Source of the DNA: Vicugna vicugna
Lineage: Eukaryota
NCBI GenBank assembly: GCA_013265495.1
Contig: MU057880.1
Span: forward strand, 1,394,527 to 1,458,526
Direction: 5' to 3'
DNA length: 64,000 bases
The position numbers were made by a program, and so were the translations under genes. The first letter of the stretch is position 1. Every line of letters starts with the position of its first letter. A model generated the notes under the pieces. The model had not been told where the DNA came from, searched no databases, and saw only the letters and a list, made by a program, of their open reading frames with translations. Shown here piece after piece: positions 25,514 through 37,080 of the stretch.

Positions 25514-27022
25514 GATGTACTGTATAAATGATCATAGTTGTACCTCAGAAAAAGTGAAGTCTTAAAATTATTTCTGCTTCCTGTTCACATCTCATCTACA
25601 ACAAACCTGATTTCCTCAAACCTTCTCGAAAGTCTTCTGACATGAACTCAAGTTCTTTCATCGTGAGCTTTACCGATAAAAATGGATAAACTATCAATCT
25701 GTAAAAATTCTTCATATGACTACTTTATAGTTAGGTGCCTGCTTATTAAGAAAAGTGAGTGCATTCAGCCCGTGCTCCATGGGAGACAAGGCAAATTATA
25801 GCATTTTCAATGGACAGGGGCATAATCAGGTAATGAGATTCTTTCTCATTGTATTGACTGAATAAATTAAATGTCAGAGAGAGGCAAAATTGGCATATGA
25901 CATGGTCTGAACTCAAGATTTTGGTAATAATTTTCAATATAAAAAAATTTCTATCACAGTGGTTCATATACATCAGCGTTTTGTAGTGTTATGTAACGTT
26001 TTGTGTGTTTATTTATTTGTATACTAACTACATTTCAGTTATGGAAGCCCAGTACTTTTATCACATATTTTCTTCATCCTGTTCTATACCTAGTATAGGA
26101 ATTTTTTTGACACTGAATCATTTTAATATTATTTACCAATTCATGTTAGTGTCTTTTAGAATTATGTAGTTTACTCAAAATTAGTGACTTTTTGCATGTA
26201 TCAGGGATCAGATAGACACATATAACACCAAATGACCAAATTGAAAGAGCAATAAACTTGCATCATTAAATATTTTAAATGTTTAAAATTTCAGAAAGGA
26301 AATATTTTTTATACTTGTACTAACTGAAGGCTGTTCTATCATTACAAATGCACATTGATATAAACTGAAAATCAAGGCAAGCAGAAAAAAAAATGTGTGC
26401 AAGAGTCCAGGATCCACTGAGATAATCCACCTTTATCATTTTTAAGATTCAGTGAAATATTGGCTTCTTTGGCCTTGCCTCGTTCTTGACTAACAAGTGA
26501 CTTCCTCTTCCACATTTACGCTGCTTTAATTAATCTCAGTTGCAAAGGCTCGACTTTCTGGAGAAAGAGACAAGCTGTTGTGCTCTGTAAACACTTTCTG
26601 TGGGTGCCTGGACACAAGAGGAGATGAATGAACAAATGAAAGATCTTCCCTAGGACTGCCGGTTTACCAAGAGCAAACAGACGATGGAAGCCTCTTTGTT
26701 TTGGTTTCCATCTTGTCTTCGGAGGAAATGCCTAGCCTGGACTGTTCTTTGTTTACAAAAGTCACGAGGAATCAGTCTTTTTTCAGAGCTGATGATTGAT
26801 TTTTTTGCAAGGGAAATGTGAGGGAAAAGGAATGTAGTTAAGAGACAGAAGTACTGTGTTTGGGCTATACTGTTGGATTTAAATCTCAAACTCCAATACC
26901 ATTCTATGCTACTCTGGCAAAAATTTGGGCAATATTTACCTCGTCAATTTGTGTCATCATCACTGCCTGTGCTGCTTGGTTTTCACTAGGTTTTCCTCCA
27001 ATGCTAAGAAATATATTGAACT

Positions 27023-27541
27023 TGTAACAGGGAAGAAGAAATCTGACTCCACATTAGATCTGTTCCTTTAGCTCTAACCCTGTGCTCTGTATCCTGGGCT
27101 CAGTCTCACCGGTTCTGCACCTTTTGTAAAAGAATGTTGCCTAGAGCCTGAAATAGACAGGAGAGCCCATCCTCAAGGCTCTGACCTTTAAGGGTGCAAC
27201 ACTTTTCCATTCATAAAGAGATAAATAGTTGCAGAACAGAGAATAGCATTTGTCTTGTTAGAGGTTTACAGGGACACCATGAGCTGACCCTTGTGGACAG
27301 CTGCAAGAACAAAGGATTCCAACACCAAGAAGTTTGCAACAAGTGACCACATCCCCCCTCTTTTTAGTATAAAAGGAGCCTGAATTCTGACTTGGGAAAG
27401 ATGGTTCTCCAGGACATTAGTCTGCCATTGTCTTGGTCTGCCCACTTCCCAAATAAAGTCATTATTCCTTGTCCCAAAACCTCATCTCCCGATTTTATTG
27501 GCCTGTCATGTGGTGAGCAGAATGATGTGGACTCAGTAACA
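27023..27541 (+). mobile_element. Solo ERV1 LTR (same family as 11532-12048)
   Basis: TGTAAC...TAACA termini, perfect TSD AACT (27019-27022 / 27542-27545), TATAAAA ~27368, AATAAA ~27452. Confidence 0.92.
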
Positions 27542-27639
27542 AACTGACTTTCCTCGCTTTAAATCCTTTGGTATAACTCCCATTATAATTCTGGTTTTGT
27601 GTCAGTACTCTGTCTCAACGTAAGAACACTGGGCATTGA

Positions 27640-28190
27640 GTTCTTTTCGGTTCAACAAATATTTATCACGGATAAACTTTAAATGCAAAAACAATGGTAA
27701 TTGTGTATGCTGTATTAGGGCATTTGGACTGTATTCTGTAGGTTCAGGGAGACTTTTGTAGGTTTTTAGGAAGTGGAGTAAAATAATGCTGTCTCAGTGT
27801 TCTGAGAACAATGTAGATAATGTTTTTGAGAGGAGTTACTGTAGGTGACATACCACGTCTTTTACAAGGAAAGAGTCAGGAAATATTTACAAGATAAAAA
27901 TAGCAGAGCTGGGCGGCTGGCTACGTGAGGTGGCGAGGGAGGGGACACAGGCAGTTATTCATCTTGGACGAGGAGATGGAGCACTTCACCAGGATGGGAA
28001 GTAAAGAGGAAGAGCGGGTTTAGATGCAGTTGGGTGAGTTCAGCTTTGAACACATGGACCTGCAGGTACTTCCATGTACTTGCACCCTAGTGGAAATCTG
28101 CAGCAGCCATGGTTACAGGGAGAAATATGGGCTGTTAAATAGATCTAGGAGACATTAGCAGCAGATAAATAGGGAGTCTGTAATGATAGC
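27640..28190 (-). mobile_element. L2 LINE remnant
   Basis: ttcaacaaatatttatc 3' tip and purine-rich gagttcagctttgaacacatgg segment typical of reverse L2. Confidence 0.5.
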
Positions 28191-29320
28191 CAGGGTTCTT
28201 TATTTTTAAATCTTTTTGTGTTCCTCCATTTCCAAATGGACCAGCCCCAAACATATTTACTTGTTTGATAAGTATCCTTTGTTACTCCTTTAATTTCTAA
28301 GTTCCAAGGAAAGAAACTACAAGATTGCCAAGATCTTCAACAGGCACTAAGCAAAGTCAACATAACACAGTCAAGATTAATATCAGAAGGGTGATGTAAT
28401 AAAACAAACACAATTTTATTTTGTTAATTGACAACTCTAGTGTTCTGTTACTTTGTGTATTTAATTTGCAAAGAAACCTCCATGAAACTGGATGTTTTCT
28501 GGGATCTTACAACCCACTAGAATAAACACTGAGATAATGCAAAAGAATTAGGGTGCCCAGCACATTTTAATATGAATTTTGAAATGTGAAATAAGAGTAG
28601 GGTATATCTCACACAAGCAAAATTTGTAATAAGTTTAAAATTTCCTTCCAACATTAATTTGTTGATGCTCATTTAATAAATTTCTGAATATGTTTATACA
28701 ACAAATTGAGAATTCAAAAAGGAAGAGGTAAATTATTATTAGACTTTCTTATTAACTTATTAAAAATATTTAAAATATTTTCTATTAGTAGTAATGGGTA
28801 CTGAAATTATAAGTTGTATAATATTTTGGTCTTTATAAACATTTGCATGTTTCCTAAAGTCCCAGAAAATAACTTCATATTTAAAGAGGGATAAATCTTG
28901 TTTCATTTATACTGCTCTGGATAGGGAAACAAAAATTATCAGGAAACATCTGGTCTCTCTGAAAAAGCAGAAATCCCACAGAAAATCTCAGTTGACTTAT
29001 TTCACAACAATTTCCTTAAAAAAAAAACTGGAACTACCATTACCATTGGAAAGTAACCCAATAAAAGTGTATCTTTCTATTTCTTGAGAATGCCTGAGAA
29101 CCCATTGTTCACTGAAAACCAAATGAAAGCAGGAGTCAACTCTCCAAAAGATGACAAGATGGTACAACTTTGTATTCCAAGATATGATGTAAGAGCCAAG
29201 GCTGTAGGAATCACAGAAACATCTGGGAAAAGCACTGGTCCTTTGTGTACCCTGGTGTCCCTTGAACTTGCAGTCTTATTACCCTGCATTAAGAATCAGC
29301 ATTGGTTGTTGTCAGGGAGT

Positions 29321-29394
29321 GGGGGGGTGTAGCTCAGTGGTAGTACACGAGGTCATGGGTTCAATCCCCAGTGACTCCATTAAAGAAAAAAAAA
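29321..29394 (+). mobile_element. tRNA-Ala-derived SINE with internal deletion
   Basis: gtagctcagtggtag[deletion]tacacgaggtcatgggttcaatcccc; 13-bp TSD aagaatcagcatt at 29291-29303 and 29395-29407. Confidence 0.9.
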
Positions 29395-29434
29395 AAGAAT
29401 CAGCATTTGAATTCACATCTTTTTTCCAATCTTT

Positions 29435-29449
29435 GCCGCCCTCTAGTGA
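29435..29449 (-). promoter_or_regulatory. Candidate CTCF site
   Basis: Reverse complement TCACTAGAGGGCGGC fits the CTCF core CCASYAGRKGGCR with one mismatch. Confidence 0.5.
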
Positions 29450-31863
29450 CTCACATTACACTTCTTTTTCTGTTCAAATCTACTTAATCTACATCTAATT
29501 AGTGTTCTGATTATTAGGCTGAACTAAATATTTATGGGTAGCCAATGTTTTAAGATTTCCAATATTTAGGTAAAACACCAATCTTACCTTAAGGTTAATC
29601 TCAAGGAATAAATTGGCTGGATTACTCACCATAACTGAAAAAATTGTTGAAAATAGAAGTTATATTGCAAGTTATTAAAATAGCAACAGTGGAAAGTGTA
29701 ATTTGGCAGACTGTTTGAGGGTAGGGGCGTATAACAGTACTTAGAGGAGTCATACAAAATTTTCACACCTTATAACATCTTACACTATATCAGAGACAGT
29801 CAGTACCCAAGAAAGTAACTTAAGTATATTCACAAAGGTATTAGTAACTTTAATATAAATAATAGAACAAAATTAGGAATAAAGGATATATCATCTGGCC
29901 AAAATTGAGATTTTCTTTGTAGGGGTGTGTGTGTGTGTGTGTATCCCATAGTATATATATAAAATAAAATTGTGTGTCATTATGTTGCCATTTAAAATCG
30001 AAAGTACACCAATTATGTAATTGCATGATACTCTCAATCATACAGAATAAAGAACTTAAAGTAGAAAATAAAGTAGTTAATACACAAACACGAAGAATAA
30101 TAAAATGAAAGAAAGGGTTTTGCCACTTGTAAATGAAAAGTGAATTTGTATTTGTGTGTGTGTGTGCGCACTGCTTTGTTTTTACTGTGTGAATGGATAA
30201 CCTGCAAGAGAAACCCACTCCAGGAGGTGGCGTGTGCACGCGTGACGGGCTGGGCGAACTACTGTCCAATATTTCCATTTCACCTTGCTTGGATCACAGT
30301 GGAGGCACGTGGATTTAGTGTGCTGGGCTGAGCAGACACCTGGCTGCTATGAAAAATTCATGGCCTCAGGCAAGATTTCAATCATTGCCACATTTCTAAA
30401 GGTGAAAAATAAAAGCCCACTTTTTCCACATAAATGCTCCCAAATGGTAATGTCTACACCATGATGCCCACAATGATTTAATGCAAAGGAGGGGAAAAGC
30501 TCATCTCTGGTGAATTCTAAAACTTTACATTGGTTCTACCCAAAAATTGTTCTACTTAAACTCAGAAGTCAGTATTGAACTCCAAGCACCGCCAAACTCT
30601 CCATAAAATTCTGAAGCCAAATGGATGCATAGAACCATCCTGTCCTGTTTTCTGAAACTCACACATTCACTATTCTGGTTTTCCCTCTTGGAAATACTCG
30701 TCAGTGACTCACGTGCTGTGTCCTTCTCCTCTTCCCTTTGGGTCGGCATTTCCCCAAGTGTTCTCCCTGTCTTTCCATTTCTATCTCTACGCTCTTACTC
30801 TCTCAAGCCTTAATTATCTCCCTGCAGACGCCTCTACGATCAGCCTCTACAAACCACCTTTTCATCCCTTTGTCTCAGACAGGGCCTGCCAGGTGCTCCA
30901 GACTCGCTGTGCTTCCCGTGGGGAGTCTGTACTTCGCCGGCACGTGTGATACGTTCTGTTGCCTGACTACCGGCATCTCAGTAAAGAAGTGGAAACTCAC
31001 AGCCTTGTGGCATCAGCTGAAAAGGAGTGTAAGTTAGTTCCATTATAGCCCTCTACTGCGTGAAAAACAAATCAAGTGATATGGGTGTGTGGAGGAGAAA
31101 GCAGGGAGAGAGGAGGTGATTTTTACTTGGGAAAATAAGAGGGCGAAAGGAAGCGTTCTCTGAGCTGGATGATAGGTTAGAGATTTGCACTCACACATCT
31201 CACGTCTCGGAGGAAGGAAGCAGCCGGTGGCTTCCCATGGGTGACTGTGCTCTCCAGCACCTGACGTGACTAGCCTTGAGAACTTGTGACTTAACACGAG
31301 ATTAGGTCTTGGAACCACGGCCTCTATCCACAAGGCACCTTCCATGGGTTCTCCATCCAGTACAGATTTCTTGTATGGGATTCGGATGCTCATCAACAAT
31401 CAAACTCACATTCAGAGAATTAAAATAAGGCTTTTCAGAATGAGCTGACAGACGGTATGGAGAGAAGAAATGAGACAGAAATAGGAGTAGAAGCCACGGG
31501 ACAAAACAAAATAAACTGTAAGCAACCAGGTATGTAAAACAGAAAGAGGGCAGAGGGAGGCTGGAATCAGCTCGTTGAAAGGAACGAAACAGCTGTAGAT
31601 TCAGAGTCTCTGAATCGTCAGAATGGTAACACCCCAGACTCCCGTGTATCTGCAGTGTGGCCGTGGGCTTACAGCTGCCCGGACACCACACTGATGGCTG
31701 AAAGCAGCTCATGGGAAACACCCAGCAGCTCAGGATAATCCCAGACAAAGCTGAGCAGGGTCTATCATACCCCACCCCACGCTGGGTGCCTGCATCCCTC
31801 TGCCCCCCAGATAAAGGCACTGCCTACCACCAGCTTCCTGAATCTGAACCCATGGATTTACTC

Positions 31864-32515
31864 TTTAAAAAAATTGAACTATAGTGAAGTTATAATGTCA
31901 TGTTAATTTCTGGTGTACAGCATAGTGATTTATTTATACACACATAGATAGATATTCTTTTTCCTATTCATTATCATTTTAGGCTATTACAAGATATTGA
32001 ATACAGCTCCCCGTGTTGTACAGAAGAAATTCATTTTTTATCTATTTTGTGTATAGTAATGTGTATCTGCAAATCCCAAACTCCCAATTTATCCCTCCAC
32101 TCCCCTCTTTCCCTCCTGGTAACTATAAATTTGTTTTCTAAGTCTGTGATTCCTTAAAAAACTGAATAGACTTATCATATGATCCAGTAAGTCCACTCCT
32201 GGGCATGTATCCAGAGGAAACTGTAATTCAAAAAGACACCTGCACCCCAATGTTCACAGCAGCACTATTTACAATAGCCAAGACATGGAAACAGCCTAAA
32301 TGTCCTTCAACAGATGACTGGATAATGAAGTTGTGGTGTATTTATACAGTGGAATACTACTCAGCCATAAAAAGGATAAAATAATGCCATTTGCGGCAAC
32401 ATGGATGGACCTGGAGATCGTCATTCTAAGCAAAGTTAAGTCAGACAGAGAAAGACAAGTAACGTATGATGTCACTTACATCTGATAAAGGAATCTGAAA
32501 AAGGACACAAATGAA
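31864..32515 (-). mobile_element. 5'-inverted (twin-primed) LINE-1 insertion
   Basis: 31864-32149 is the reverse L1 3' end; 32148-32515 is the adjacent upstream L1 segment in forward orientation. Confidence 0.85.
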
Positions 32516-34378
32516 GCTCCTGCTTCTACCCTCACCCCCCGCCCCGGCTCCCAGTTCCCTCTCCACTCAGCAGTCATGTGGTCTTTATGAAAATGTAAAT
32601 TTGATTATTTTACTCACTAAAAAAATAAAGCCCTGCCAAGGCTGCCAGTCACACTTAACGGAAAATCCTCACCCCTCGCCCTCACTGCAGAGCCTCAGCC
32701 ATCTCACTCTGTGACCTCGGTGGGCCTGACGGCACCACATGCCAGCTTCAGGTCTCCCGCCCACCCCGCAGACAACACAAACAGGGCAGAAATTCAACAC
32801 GACGACTTTTGTCTAACAGACACAATGGACGATTGATCATTGATAAAACTATTAGCAAATCTAAGCCAGGTGGATGCCAATACCGCCATCTCTGGTTGTT
32901 TGTACCTCTGATCAGTAGGGTTGGTGCTCTGTGTCACTGATTATTTCCAAAGTTTATAAGATGATTTGGAATTCCTAGCTCCCTGGTTGTATCTCATCCC
33001 CTGGTCCTTGAAGGCTTTGGGGAGCTTCGGCGGCCACGCACAGGAAGCACTGTTTCTCATGGACCAACGCTGACCTTTGGTTCAGCTCTGATAACAGTTA
33101 CTTTTGCATTATCTTCTAGAGTCAGAAGAGACCCCACCCAGGTCTTGCTTCTTCCCTCCTGTCTTCTCTGCTCCCTCCGGAGGATGTCAAGCTGTGCTGA
33201 CAACTCCAAAGCCTGGCTCTCTGCTGGCAGACCGCCCTGGGGTCCGACAGCTGTCTCCACGGGCTTCTGATTACACCTGGTACCTGGATTTCCCGTTCTC
33301 ATGTAACATCCGCTGGTTGAGGGAGTCTGTTTCACCTTGCTAACCTGCCCTGTAGCGGGGGGCAGGTCATTTAAGGATGGGTTTGGTTGCAAGTCCCCGA
33401 GAAGACTTCTCAGAGTAAACTCAATAGAAAGCATTTTAATTTTGTCCCCAAATCACAAGAAGCCTGGAGACAGGTGATGCCTGATTCTGCATCAGGACTC
33501 AGAGTGTCCAAACCAGTCTTTTCCACCAGAGTTGCAGGAACTCAGCCCAAGGCACTGAGGCAGGACGAAAGAGTCAGGTGTTTGAAAATAATTCTTGCTT
33601 GACTTGGTTTCTCCCTGTTGTCTGTATTTTTACTTGACAGTTTGAAAAGCTAAATCTATGAAAAATGTTTAAAGGCAAGTGGGTATTTGTACATTCAATA
33701 GGCGTTTTATTGGAGAACTGCTTGCCTATTAATGTGTAGCTTCTTTAAAATGATGCTCTGAAATGTGCTCTCACTGACGGGTTAGACTGCTGTTGCTCAT
33801 TGAGTCTCTAAGTCTTGGTTTTTTCAACCCAGTAGAAAATTTGTCTTCAAAATTCCTTTCCATGGCTAAGAGTATAATTCATGTAAGAACAATCTCTCCT
33901 CATGACAAACTGACACCAGTTAAGATGAAACACTTGAGAGGTACCTCAAACAAATTTATGTCTCTTTTGGCTTAAAAAAAAATCAATCCTGACGCATGTT
34001 CACTCTTGGCTCATTCACTATTCTTTCCATTAATTTATTTATTGGATTTATGAAGAGCTTTCTCCTCCACTAACTGGATTTAATTTCCTTCAGCTCTGTG
34101 GCTGTCATAGTTCATATCTGTCTGTCGAAGGGATCAAGCCTGGTCAGGTTCAATTTGGGGAGAATCCAAACCCCCTGTTTTCCTCCCACACACAGATGCT
34201 GATGACTGGAAGGCGATGAAGGCTTCACATACGTCCAGACTACTCTGAACTCAAAGACCCCCCTGTTCTGATTAATTGTCCCAAGAAGCAAAGTGGATCT
34301 GGATCATAAACTTACAGGTTTTAGGCACTTTCCTCTTTTCCTTTTTGATTCCATCTGCTTGTAAGAGCAAACGTCATC

Positions 34379-34700
34379 CAAATGAACATAAATACAAAAC
34401 AGAAACAGACTCATAGACATAGAATACAAACTTGTGGTTGCCAAGGGGGCGGGTGGTGGGAAGGGACAGACTGAGATTTCAAAATCTGTAGATACTGACA
34501 GGCATATGCAGGATAGATAAACAAGATTATACTGTACAGCACAGGGAAATATATACAAGATCTTGTGGTAGCTCACAGTGAAAAAGAATGCGACAATGAA
34601 TATATGTATGTTCATGTATGACTGAAAAACTGTGCTCTACACTGGAAATTGACACAAAGTTGTAAACTGACTATAATTCAATAAAAAAAATTTTTTTAAA
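34379..34700 (+). mobile_element. Young 5'-truncated LINE-1
   Basis: Perfect 16-bp TSD aagagcaaacgtcatc (34363-34378 / 34701-34716); 3'UTR highly similar to 48600-48900. Confidence 0.95.
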
Positions 34701-35575
34701 AAGAGCAAACGTCATCACTCCGCATATATATTAACAAAAGTCTGCAAGGCAAAGTGTGAGCTGCGCTCAGGGGTGATTCACTTCCTCTCTGTAGTTGAAA
34801 GAAACTATACTTTACATTCCCTAAAGGGAAGGCTTGATATTTGCTTTCATGGTCTAAATAGATGAAGCCAAAGTGGCTCTTTCCTAGCAATTTACGCCTG
34901 CCCAGGACAGAGCAGGGACTCCAGAAGCTTCCGGTTAACAGCGAGCGGCTAAGATGTGCTGAGTCGTGGAAAGAGGCAGAGCCCGGGTGGGAATGAGCAG
35001 ATGGGGTGTACAGAGCTGTATAACTGGACACAAGTGGCTGGAACCACAGGTTCTAACAGAAGGGACCAGCAAATCACTCTCAGATGGGAGAAGGAGACTG
35101 AAACATCAGAAGCCGCAGGTTCAGACCACATACACCGCCCTGCAGCGGAGACCGCAGTGGGGTGCGGTGAGGGGGTGGTTGGAGAGGCCCTGTTGCTCAC
35201 TGTGGGCTTCTGGTTCCCACTGAAGGTGGCTTCTTGTAAACATCTTTGAGTTTGTACAAGTGTGTACTTCTCACCAACGGAGAGACGGTGGTGCTGTGGA
35301 GGGGGTGTCCCGACACGCAGGTGTCTCTATGGGGCACAATACTTAGATCCTGTTTTTCCAGTGTTGTTCTAAACTCCCAGTTACTTGGGGGCACTCAGGG
35401 TTCAGGAGCAGGTGACACAGGCCTGAACAGGAAACAGTCCTGCTGTCCCGGAAACGCCAAATCAACTAAACTTAGACAGACTGGTGTGTTTACACAAACA
35501 TGGACAGTCTATAACGCCCGACTTCGTCTGGCCCCCAAACTGTCCCCTTTACTCCCAAATTCAAACATGCCTGCT

Positions 35576-35732
35576 GGCGGGGATGGTGTAGCTCAGTGGT
35601 GCAGCACGTGCTTAGCATGCCCGAGGTCAGGGGCTCAATCCTCAGTAAGTCCATTAAAATTAAAAAAATAAATTAGCAAACGAACCCAATCCCCTCCAAC
35701 ACAGACAAAAGGGAAAAAAAATATATATTTTA
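35576..35732 (+). mobile_element. tRNA-Ala-derived SINE, long-tail variant
   Basis: gtagctcagtggtgcagcacgtgcttagcatgcccgaggtc; imperfect TSD aaacatgcctgct / aaaaatgcctact. Confidence 0.88.
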
Positions 35733-36409
35733 AAAAATGCCTACTACAAGGAATGGTGTGGAGACAGAAATCTTTATTGCTTATTTATATAGATGAAAGT
35801 TCATAATGCTTATAATAGGCTAGGAATTTATGTTACACACCATCAAAGTGTCAATTCTAAGATCCTTTATTTTCATGTAGCAGAATGTTTGGGTAATGAA
35901 GTTTCACTAGAGAACAATAAAAAAATGAATTAAACGGCCATGGCTGGTGACAGTTTACGAATCTGCTTTTCTCTTTCTCTTACTAGTTTTGCTACTAGTT
36001 AATAATGCCCTGGAGGTGGGGCGGGGGTGGAGGGAGCATGATTTTTGCTTTTAGGGCGTTGAAATGGTAAGATTTGTGAGCTGTGAACCAGGTGATCGTA
36101 TAATTAATTTATCATACAAAGCAATTCACTTGAAGAACAAAAGGGAATGCTGTTAAAACTCACACAAGGGGCTTAAACTGGGTCTTTTTGGTAAAGTAGG
36201 GTGTGTTCTTACCCTTTGGTCTCCTGAATACCTCTATGGAAATAATCAGCATGTATACAGGAATTTCTTATAGAGGAGTAACTCATGGTCTTTAAAATTT
36301 TCCTCAGGGCACTGCATTCTCAGACTCTGTCCAACCTCACGTCTAGGTTCAATTTGCCAACTGGAATTTTTTTTTTCTGGGGTTGGATTTGAAAGGCCTA
36401 CAGGCAGTT

Positions 36410-37080
36410 TTGTAACGCGTTATGGGTTTTGAAGTCTCCGCCGTGCACAAGTCCTCTTCCACCAACCTGACTTTTGAAGGACGGAAGGAAGAAAGGGAGG
36501 GGCAGAGGGATGGAGACAGGGAGGGAGGGAGGGAGGGAGTGAGGGAGGAGGACGATGGGAGGAAGTCAAGAGTCAGCCGCGCGGTGCAAGAACCCAGGCA
36601 CGCTGCAGTGTGTCCGGCAGAAAGCGTAGCCGCTTGGCTGAAACAGGACGACGTCTTCTCAGGCTGAGGCAGAACCTCAGAGATAACTCGGCAGGAGGAG
36701 TCCCGTCTCTCTCGGGGGACCATAATGGTGCTTTTTTGCTTTCCAGAGGCTGGGAGCCCCCAGATATTCGGCTCTGAGCCGCTAGAGGGCGAGCGAGGAC
36801 CGGGGAGGAAAGAGCCTTAAGGAAGCGCATCCTCTCCCTGCCTCCGTGCCTCCCTGCCTCCCGGTTTCCCTGCCTCCCGGCTTCCCGCCCCCGCTCCATC
36901 AATCACACTACCTGAGGAAGAGGAGAGGAGGCAGGGGCAGGGGCAGGGGAGAACTAGGATGCAACACAGCGGTTATGGGGAAAAGGCACTTCTCCTTCCA
37001 GTACTGAAGTCAAGGGAAGAGGGAAGGACCGTTTCAGCGCATCCTGAAAAGAGCAGAAGACGGGGACATTCTCCGCTTCT
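36410..37080. promoter_or_regulatory. CpG-enriched promoter-like region (gene unidentified)
   Basis: Highest local CpG/GC density outside repeats, purine and pyrimidine tracts, GC-box-like cccgccccc, CTCF motif, (GGGA)5; repeat-free surroundings. Confidence 0.65.
36779..36791 (+). promoter_or_regulatory. Candidate CTCF site
   Basis: CCGCTAGAGGGCG, strong match to the CTCF core. Confidence 0.6.

Noticed and set aside
11532..27541. Paired LTRs as the ends of a provirus
   Set aside because: Opposite orientations, different TSDs and no gag/pol/env remnant between them.
36349..36723. 124-aa minus-strand ORF as a gene
   Set aside because: Low-complexity Ser/Pro/Leu stretch from the purine tract and no recognisable domain; GC-rich islands often give such ORFs.
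36720..36728. CCATAATGG as an SRF CArG box
   Set aside because: Only five A/T between CC and GG; the consensus needs six.
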